Source: Lama guanicoe
Taxonomy: Eukaryota
Reading direction: 5' to 3'
DNA length: 64,000 nucleotides
Assembly: GCA_013239625.1 (NCBI GenBank)
Contig: MU053559.1
Coordinates: forward strand, 1,116,001-1,180,000
In this document: one piece after another, positions 54,801-64,000 of the stretch
How positions within the stretch are numbered: position 1 is the stretch's first letter
Layout of the letters: every line of letters starts with the position of its first letter
Translations under genes and position numbers: made by a program
Notes under the pieces: generated by a model
Told to the model about the DNA's origin: nothing
Databases searched by the model: none
What the model saw: the letters and a program-made list of their open reading frames with translations, nothing else

Positions 54801-54887
54801 CCAAAATCAACACATACCCACGTAATGACACCCAGATTAAGACACAGAAGCTTACCAGCACCCCCAGAAACTCCCTTTGTGCCCTCC

Positions 54888-57800
54888 TGTATGGTCAGGC
54901 CACCCAAGATGGCTGTTCTCTTGCTCTCTGTACATCCCCCTGCTCGACCAGTGCCTGCTGCACCTACACCCTGCTCACCTGATTCACCTTCCTACATACT
55001 CGCCCCAGGCCACAGCTAGTGATTGTTCTTATCAAAGGACGGTGAGGGGCCTGCCCCTCTGCTGGTTTCCATGGTAACAGATGAGCCCACCTGACATCAG
55101 TTCCCCCTATAAGTGCTAACCTCCCCTTGTTGTGTCCTGCCCACCATCCACCGCACACAGTGAGGAGTTGTTCCAGGACCTCGCTTCAGACAGGTAAGCT
55201 CCCCCATCCATTAATCTATTGACTTCTCTGTCACTGACTCCAGGCTCTTTCTTTGGTCCTAAAGTCAGGTGAGTACAGGGCTTGTAGACCTGTGAGGTGC
55301 AGCCCAACAATTGGCGGAGCAGCCAGGGTAACTGAGGAAACTCCTGTGAGTGTGGAGCGGTTGGGAAAAAAAGGATGGGGAATGGAAAGTTGTGGGGACC
55401 ATCTATATCTTGTGGGGCCCCAAAGTTCCGGGGCTGATCCTGAAATTTGGGGGTGGGGGAATCCCCCAGGGGTTGTCCACTAACACGTGGGGCCTTTTGG
55501 TGGCTTCCTTGATGAATGGGGGCCACTGGGAGATGTGGAGAACGGTGGCCCCAAAAAGCTCTGCTATTCTTTTGTAATTGTTTAAGCTAGCTTTCTAGAA
55601 AGAACTGGTACTTCTCTTCCTGTGCCTTTGAAATGTAAATAAGACAAGAGCTTGTAGGTAAAACCTATAGGAATAATTATGTTTGGGGAATGTCTGTCTA
55701 AAATGGTTCCTCTAGATTTTTGTCACTTGAAACTAAACTAAGTTCAATGAAGAGAATTCACGGACTATCTGGGTCATTTCAAATAGGATAAAATATTGAA
55801 ACATTAATGGCTGGGCGGGTCTAAGTTTGCTTGCTTAGGAGACGGAAACTAAAGCGTTAAGTTTTTCAATCAGGAAATGCTGGTATGACAAACAGTTAAC
55901 AATTGCTTTTTGGTTTTTGCCACAGATTTTAGATTTTTAAGGGTTAAGATTATAATCAGTCATAACTTGTTACTGTAACCAAGTTTTCTTTATCGATTAC
56001 ATTGTAATTGGGTATTTGTGCCTTTTTAAGTCTTTTGTCATTTATAAACTGTTAGGATTGTGATGCAAGAAAAACAGATGTGGTGCATGAGGAGGGCCCC
56101 GTCCCAGATCTAGGTTGAGTCCCTGGGAGGAGCCCTGCCAAGTGTGCGTCCTTGGCTTCACTCAGGAAAGAATTTGAGAGCGAGCCACAGTTGAGTAACG
56201 GTAGATTTATTTAAAGAGATACATAGTGCATAGAGTGTAGACTGTTTCAAAAGGCAACAGAAAGGCAATGAGGTGTGGGGGTTGGGTGCTCAGATTAGAG
56301 TAAAAGTAGATACACACTCCACAGACAGAGCACGGGCCGCCTCTGAAGAGGAGGGAGCAAAAAGTCAGCCAGGAGGCGCTGCGTTGCCACTTTTTAATGG
56401 GCTCGGTAGCTTCATATGCTAGTAAGTGGAAAGACCAGTCTAACTACCTGGGGAAGGAGCTGGGATTCCAAGGAAGTTGGCCATTTCCACTCTTTGACCT
56501 TTTGTGGCTAGCCGTGGGACTGTCACGGCGCCTGTGGGCGTGTTATTCACCATGCTAGTATATTACAATAGGCACATAATGAAGCTCAAGGTCTGCTAGA
56601 AGTTAAATCTCTCATCATCTTGAGCCTCAGTTCCTACTGGGGGTTGAATCTTCTGCCATCCTGGTGTGATTGCTGTGCTATTCCTTGAATGGCAGTGCCC
56701 TGCCCACTTCCTTCCTGTCTCAACTGTACTCTGATGCTTTCGCAAAAGTGCTTCATCTTCAGGAAAACTCATAGGAAGGGCCCTTTTGACAAGTACATAT
56801 CTCTGATAAGTTTCAGATCATACCCCTTGAACCGGGTAGGAAATTAAAGAATCCTAATGAAAAACCTGATGGCTTCATTGAAAAATTAAAAGGATTGGTT
56901 ACTGAGTGAACTGGTAAATATGGCTATAATTTTTCTGGTTTTGTCTGGACTATTACTGGTTTTCACCTGTGTTTTCCAGGTTTAAGGAATTTGCAATTTG
57001 ATAAACTCCATCTGCCGATAGAACTGAAACCTTTTTCTTTTCTCTCTGCCTGATCCCTCCAGAAATTGGAGACTCTTGGGTTCTGAGCAGCCTTATCAGG
57101 TCAATGAGAAAGACTGTCTCCTGGCATGCACAGAATCTCGATATTTGGGGGACCTCTAGAAATCCACTGAGACATGTGTTTGCTGGCCTTGAGAGGGCCT
57201 TAGGGAATTCAGTCTGAGACTCCTTCTGAGGAATTCCATCACAGCCAGTTGGAGGAGTCTGTCTGGTCAGTTGACCAGACTTGTTTTGCAGAACAATTAA
57301 TCTTGATTTGGCTGTGTTTGGTGGAGATAAGGGTAATTTCAAAGAGGAAAAAAAAAGACTACGTTTTTGTGAATGTTAGATTCTAGTTCTATTGTTCTGA
57401 TATTCAGGAGGAAAAGAAATTCTCTAATGGAGTCATCACAGAGTATAACTGCTCATGATGTATAACGCTGCTTGCTTTAAGTCTACTGCTAAAAGCATGT
57501 GCAATGCTTGAGTGAGACAACTGGGTATAATTGATAAAATGTATGGCCTCTAAAACGTTCCCCATTAACATACTTCTGAGCCTGTTCATGATAGCTCATC
57601 AGTTTTCCCCCAACATGGATAACTAGGCAAACATAAAGGAGGCCTAGTCCTAAGGGACATGATCTGGACCCAGGGCAGGCAGCTGAACCACCCCAGCTTC
57701 GAGGGACAAATACTTTGATCATCAATGCTTTCTGCTGAAAGATTTGCAATCAAAAGGGAAAATGATGGGAAAACCTGCACGTGTTGAGATCTGGGGAAGT

Positions 57801-59213
57801 CATTCTGGCTTACACATGTTTTCGCTTAGACTTTACTGAGCAGAGCAGCCTGTCTTGTGACCTTTCAGACATGCATGGTACATCTGCTTTGGCCATTGAG
57901 GAGAAGAATGCATTTGAAAGTCAAGATGGAGTAGCTGTGGTTCAGACAGCCAACGTAAAACTAGGCGGCCAATGCGGACTTGATTTTAGGTTCATTCCTG
58001 TATTACTGAAAACATTAGTTTTCTGAACTGTGTTACAGACCAGGACAAAAACTGCAGGCAGGTGTGGTACTATCTCAGAATGTGGTGACTACTTGTATTT
58101 TGCTTCATTGTCATGATGTCCCCTGAGCTATATCTGTCAGATAACTTACATTTCGTCCTTAGCCTGAGCGAAGGAAAAATCTATTTGAGGACTGAGCAGC
58201 AACACTGGCCTCACTGCAAAATAGGTCTAATTTCTGGGTCTATGGCGAGATGCCATTGTTGTCGGTCTCCTCTGGACCTCCATGAAAAATCGATCTGGCT
58301 ATTGGGAGCTTGTGGGCATGACTGACATTGGGGGGGGGGGTGAAAGACACTCACCATCTTCCTATTCCGCATGCCAATATGTCAGAAGGACCCCTGGGCT
58401 ATGCTGTGTGGAATGGGATAGGCTGGCTTCTGGACACATGAGTCCAACTAGTGGGACTGAATGCTTTTTGTTTGGAAAGATCTAATGGGTCCCCCCCTAA
58501 TGGCACTCAACAGGACATGGGCTGGCAGACCTGTACTGTGTGACTGCTGACTCCTGATCAGGCCAATAGAATGTTTCTTTTAGAGTTGGGGCCTTCCCCT
58601 CCCCATGGGGGTGGCTCTGGGTTTGTGAAAACCAGGGGTGGCCTCACCTTTTGTCTGTATGGTATTTGTGGTACCTGGTTGCAGTGCCCCTCTACATATC
58701 TGACGCCAGGGATATCGTGGAAGAGGGAGGGGTAGACCAAGATTGTAAGGGCCGTGCAGGGTGTGTAGGGGTGGGTGTCTGGTCAGGCCAACCAAGATGG
58801 CTGTTCTCTTGCTCTCTGTACCTCCCCTGCTCAACCAGTGCCTGCTTCACCTACACTCTGCTCACATGACTGACCTTCCTACATACTTGCTCCTACCCCA
58901 GCTTGTGATTATTCTTATCAAAGGGGCAGTGAAGGGCGTGCCCTTCTGTTGGTTTCCATGGTAACAGATGAGCCCACCTGACATCAATTCCCCCATAACT
59001 GCTAACCTCCCTCTGCCCCAAGGAGTGAAGCCTGCTGCCCTGTCCACCCTCAGCTGCACAGCGAGGGGTGTCCCTCCAGGATCTTGCTTTGAACATGTAA
59101 GCGCCCCCCATCCATTAAACCATTGACGTCTCTGTCACTAACTCTGGGCTCTTTCTTTGGTCTTGAAGCTGGGCGAGTGCAGGTCTTGTAGGCCTGAGGG
59201 GTGCAGCCCAAAA
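54888..59213 (+). mobile_element. Non-coding ERV provirus B; LTRs 54888-55309 and 58776-59213
   Basis: Direct repeats TGT.TGGTCAGGCCA.CCAAGATGGCTG...GTGCAGCCCAA(C/A)A. PBS-like TGGCGGAGCAGCCAGG at 55312, PPT AGGGGTGGG, and flanks CCTCC/TCTCC in an old L1 fragment. Confidence 0.92.
56061..56722 (-). mobile_element. Solo LTR nested in provirus B
   Basis: TG..CA ends, TSD ATTG/ACTG, AATAAA on minus at ~56206-56211. Confidence 0.85.
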
Positions 59214-59549
59214 TCTCCCAAGCATTATTCCCCCATCTCCTCACACACTATCACTTGTTACACCATGCATTTGTTTCATCTCTGCCTGAACTTTAGTAAT
59301 TGGAATCATACAGGATGTACTGGGTGTCTGTCTGACTCTTCCCCTCCACATCATGTGATGAGATTCATCCATGTTGTTGCAGATACCTGTAGTTTCTTCA
59401 TTTAGTCCCAGTCTAGTGTTTCATTGTGAGGCTGCACCACAATTTATCCATTCTACCATTATAAACATTTGCGTTGTTTTCAGGTCCTTATTTTAACCAA
59501 AAACATAGATGTAAACACTCATCTACATGGCTTTTTTTAATGAGGTTTT

Positions 59550-60064
59550 TTGGGGGTAATTAGGTTTATTTAGTATTTTTTTTAATTTTATTTTATTGAG
59601 TTATAGTCAGTTTACAAGGTTGTGTCAATTTCCAGTGTAGGGCACAATTTTTCGGTTATACATGAACATACATATATTTATTGTCACATTCTTTTTCACC
59701 ATGACATGAACACAAAATCTTGTATATATTTCCCTGTGCTATACAGTATAATCTTGTTTATCTATTCTGCATATGCCTGTCAGTATCTACAAATTTCAAA
59801 CTCCCAATCTGTCCCTTCCCACCCCCTCACCCCTGGTAACCACAAGTTTGTATTCTATGTCTATGAGTCTTTTTCTGTTTTGTATTTATGTTCATCTTTT
59901 CCTTTTCTTTTCTTTTCTTTTTTTCTTTTTTTTTTTTTTTTTTTTTTTTAGAGTCCACATATGAGCAATCTCATATGGTATTTTTTAATGGAGGCACTGG
60001 GGACAGAACCCAGGACCTCGCGCATGCTAAGCAATGTGCTCTACCACAGAGCTAGCCCCTCCTC
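59550..60064 (-). mobile_element. vic-1 SINE split by a young L1 3' end (~59588-59977)
   Basis: SINE tail at 59550-59575 and head at 59985-60064; GTATTTTTT(TT)AAT on both sides of the L1 piece. Confidence 0.8.
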
Positions 60065-61261
60065 CCACACTCATCTCCATGACTTTGGTGCACATATGAA
60101 TGCATTTCTGCTGGGGAGATGCCTAGGAGTAGAATAGCTGGGTCAGAGGGGACACATATGTTAAAATTTAGCAGATAATGCCAAACAGTTTTCCAGCGTT
60201 GCTGCATCAATTTGTATTTTCAATCAGCAGTGTATGAGCTCCCATTTCCTCCATAATCTCACCAACACTTGGCAATGTTTTATGTATGTGTTAAAATTAT
60301 TTGTAAAGGCATTTATTACATTTCTCTAATTATTGACAATAAGCAATCCCTTCTGAAACATCAGGGGAGGTCATGACTAGAGATGACTCTTGAACGACAT
60401 TGTGTTATTGTAAAAGCCGGAGGTAAAAAAGTGACCCTACCCAAATCACTCTGATTCTGCAAGTTTCAATGGGCTCAGTTTTTCATTACAGTATTTCCTT
60501 AGAAAAAGTGTTCATTATCCTCCTTATAACTATCATCAATTCGTGTACCTAAGGCAGGTCTCAGGAGTGGGGACACCCCCCCCTTCTCTTTTGGGCTTTA
60601 TATCACAGTATGAGAGATTTACATGCATTAATTCACATGCATCATATACATTCACATGCATATAAAGAGTATGATTTCCCCACTACGCCCTTAACGGAAA
60701 CTTTCATTTACACGGTTCTCTAAAACACTATTTGGCTGAAATCATATCTTACTCTTAAGTATTTGACCACTTTGATCCCAAACATCATAGTCTGAATATC
60801 TGATGGTCCACCAAACACAAATAGTATCCTGAAAAAAACAAAAAAAAAACAAATAGTATCCTGGATGACACCGATGGGAAGGGCTTTGAACAGCCATCTT
60901 CCTGGGGTAGCAGGAGGAAGAGTTCACGGGCTCAATGCTAAGAGTATTCCAGATTCTCTGGAGCATCAGTGAGAGCCAAGGCTATGGGGTGTTGGGGTCT
61001 ACAGCTGCCGGAGTGCAGTGAAAACCCCCTGTTGCCTCTGAGTTGAGCCAGACCCCCAACAAGTGCTTGCTCTCCCATCTACTCTCTTATTTCCCTTATA
61101 ATTTTGTGTAAACATATTAGACATATAAGATTGTGTCCCTAATGGTATTATACGTCAATTTAAACTTACTAAGTTAAAGTAGTGTTATTGCTTCTTTATA
61201 TAATTTTTATAACTCCATTGCATGTGCAAGGTGTTATCTGGGGGGCGGGTTCTTTGTTTGG

Positions 61262-61365
61262 CGGGGAGGTAATTAGGTTTATTTATTTTAATGAGGTACT
61301 GGGGATTGAACCTAAGACATCCTGCATGCTAGGCATGCTCTCTACCACTGAGCTATACCCTCCTC
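61262..61365 (-). mobile_element. vic-1-type SINE (further copies at ~50160-50235 +, ~50700-50780 -, ~62225-62326 -)
   Basis: Same tRNA-Ala head and CCTAATTACCTCCCC tail as the other copies. Confidence 0.88.
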
Positions 61366-63324
61366 CTAAAAGGAATTATTTTTAAAAATGTTTTGGAAGG
61401 CTATATTAATAGCCTCTTACAACCAAAAGAAAAATGTCTATGATGAATGCACATCAAGCGTGATATTATCTCTTGAAAGGTCATCAGCACTTGACAAGAA
61501 TTTTTATAAGAAACTCTATTAGTTGGGGAGAAAAATCTCCATGAAGAAGTATGATTTCCTTCCTGAATCTTGTAATTTTTTTCAAGGTAATTTCAATTAT
61601 TGGAAATTACAAAGTTAGTTATCTTAACACTTTTCAGAAGTAGTAAGTTCTAAAAAATTGGCATATTCCTCTCCAAAATGTAAAGAAATGAAACATCTTT
61701 CTTCTTCCTTTTTTTCGCTTACCTTTTTTTCTTCTTTTATCCTTCTCATTTACTCCCTTATGTTTTACCTTTCCTCTGCTTTCTGATGCATCCTTATAAG
61801 AAAATTTCACATCATGAAAATATTACCAGCAATACAAAGTTTTTTTTTAAATTCAGTTTAATTCAAAACCTAAGGAGACAAGTCTGAATTTATGCAGCAT
61901 AGAAGAAGAATATAGAAGAAATAAACAGGTAATCATACGTTAAAAGAAATTTAGATGTTTGGATAGTCATACTGATTTAAATAGAAGTCTGTAGCAACAG
62001 GAAGTTGTTTTATTTATACCACCTAAGGATTTGTGAAAAGTGACTATGAATATGCAGGAACTGAACAAAGGATAAATGTCAGAATACAGGGAAGCTTAAA
62101 GTTTAAAATGTATAGGATTATTCTACCCAAAACCATAAAGGCTTTGCCTTACACTTATCTTCTGATCATAATACTGAGGCTAGATGTGGAGCCCTTATTT
62201 AGCTTTTAATTCTTGTTTTTGGAGGCGGGGATTAGGTTTTTTTTTTTTAATGGAGGTACTGAGGATTGACCCCAGGACTTTGCACATGCTAAGCACCTGC
62301 TCTACTACTGAGCTCTGCCCTCCCCTCTTAGCTTCTAATTCTGATTTTACATATTTGCTTCTACATTTTTACTAGGAGTATTCCAAAGTTGTCATAATGG
62401 CACATGAGTGATACAAAAAGATTTATTGTCATGTGCTAATAGTTTGAACAAAATCTTTTCTATTTGAACCATATGAACTAACATTTAATGAGACAACCTT
62501 ACAGCTAATGGTACCACTGAAAATTATTCATCTTTCACGCTTAGACTGTCATTTTGTATAAAATGCAAGTAAGTTTCTAAGCTGCGAGACCTGAGTGTTC
62601 ATGTGTAAATTGCAGGCAAATGGCTCCAACATGGCGTCCTGGCCACCTTGCTTTTCTCCACATGCGTCACGTACTCAAGGCTTAACTGCAGTCACCAGAG
62701 CACTGGCAGAACGCCCTGTGATCCTCCCCTGGAACAGGGCAGCCTTGTGAGGAGCTGTCACAGGATGTTTCTCAATCTGCCTTTCTACCTCCCAGCAGTC
62801 TTTCTATCTTGCTAGAGGCTCCCACAAAGCCATTTCTCATCCATCATCACTGAATCGGATAAGACATGGGACTTTCTGCTCTAATGCCTCCCCTTAGGGT
62901 ACAGCTGCAGGCTTCTCTGTAAGTCCTACAACTGCTTGGCTGTAGTTGAGAGGGGGGCTCTCAATGACCGAGTGACCCGCCGCACATGCTTTCTGTCTTC
63001 TGGCCCCTCTGGTTCAGTGTCATTCTGTGGGACTAGGCATATGGGCAGTGACACAATACTGACCTGGCTTTTACTGTCTGTGTTAATAGTATATCCAATG
63101 ATTGTCTCCTTACCAGCTGAATGTATGGAAATATGACAAGCCAACTTAACCACACTGCTGCTTAGGGACTGCTTAACCACTTGACAAATTGTCACCCAAC
63201 ATGGGGCGGGTAAAGCCATGATGCCTTTTTGGAGAAAAGACACAGGGGCAGTGGAGGTCAAGTTAGGGGTTATGAGGAACCCCTTGGGATCTGGCAGTGC
63301 ATGCTCTTTCTTTTTTTTTTTCAG

Positions 63325-63600
63325 GGCACTGCCACAGGTAAAAAGCATTCATGGGGCAGACTCCCCTCCCACACACAATTTGTCACCTGTGGGTGAGTCA
63401 AAATTTAGTGCAAGTTCCCCTACCATCTGATATCCAAAGCTTTCACTATATAGATGATGTCCTGTTGTTCGGCAAGTCACAAGCTGTAGTCTCAGCAGCC
63501 CTGACTGTGGTGTCATCGCATCTTTACCAGCAGGAATAACTGATCCACCCCAACAACGTCCAGAGTCCTGCTTGCCAAGTGAAGTTTCTTGGATCTATGA
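63325..63600 (+). mobile_element. ERVL-class reverse transcriptase remnant
   Basis: LPQ..., then TICHLWVSQNLVQVPLPSDIQSFHYIDDVLLFGKSQAVVSAAL..*LIHPNNVQSPACQVKFLG (YIDD and VKFLG motifs). Confidence 0.82.
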
Positions 63601-63658
63601 GGATTGTTTACAGCACTCAGTCCCTCTGGAAGCCAAGTTTAAAAATCTACTGTCTTGG

Positions 63659-63930
63659 GTGGAGGGTATAGCTCAGTGGTAGAGTGCAGTGCTTAGCATG
63701 GACGAGGTCCTGGATTCAACCCCTGGTACCTCCATTTGAAAAAATAATGATAAATAAATAAACCTCATTACCTCCCCACCAAAATTTTTTTTAAAAAGGC
63801 AGGGAATGTATAGCTCAGTGGTAGAGTGCATGCTTGGCATAAAAAAGGTCCTGGGTTCAATCCCCAGTACCTCTATTAAAATAAATAAATATACCTAATT
63901 TCCTTCCCCCCGAAAATTAAAAAAAAAAAC
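63659..63930 (+). mobile_element. Two head-to-tail vic-1-type SINEs
   Basis: TATAGCTCAGTGGTAGAG heads at ~63667 and ~63809. CTACTGTCT occurs before the first copy and after the second. Confidence 0.88.
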
Positions 63931-64000
63931 CCTACTGTCTGCCAGACTTGTAACTTCTGCAAAGTGTTGTGATTAAAGAGCCTCCATTACGCTGGGCATT

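Noticed and set aside
57500..58770. env remnant in provirus B
   Set aside because: The position fits, but I could not find a convincing furin site, immunosuppressive domain or CX6CC motif; it needs tBLASTx.
62620..62680. YY1-like CAACATGGCG and CRE-like TGCGTCACGT motifs as a promoter
   Set aside because: No CpG island or linked exon; adjacent to ERVL remnants, so unsupported.

Overview
Mammalian genomic DNA, most likely camelid: about 14 copies of a tRNA-Ala-derived SINE of the vic-1 type are present. The only intact protein-coding gene I can support is a minus-strand KRAB C2H2 zinc-finger gene matching ZNF157 (X-linked in human). Its coding exons are 30305-30234, 21464-21338, 21041-20946 and 20020-18993 (440 aa, 10 fingers), with a CpG-island promoter and non-coding first exon near 32.2-32.4 kb. 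An in-frame TGA has cut off the last two ancestral fingers. Just downstream of the gene, on the opposite strand, is a 2.5-kb TSD-flanked retrocopy of MRM2/FTSJ2. It appears semi-processed: exon 1, a CpG-rich retained intron 1, spliced exons 2/3, 3' UTR and A-tail. Other small elements are a tailless U2 retropseudogene, a decayed tRNA-Glu(TTC), a solo poly(A) insertion and an orphan mRNA 3'-end retrocopy. The right half is a nested pile of ERV/LTR, L1, SINE and DNA-transposon remains, including two adjacent non-coding proviruses with related internal regions but unrelated LTRs. The least explained structure is a set of old, degenerate tandem arrays on both sides of ZNF157: about 60-bp, 12-bp-motif, 31-33-bp, 50-bp, 54-bp (with an inversion) and CCAAT-containing units. 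Gene and repeat-family names come from recalled sequences, not from searches, and repeat boundaries are approximate unless TSDs are given.
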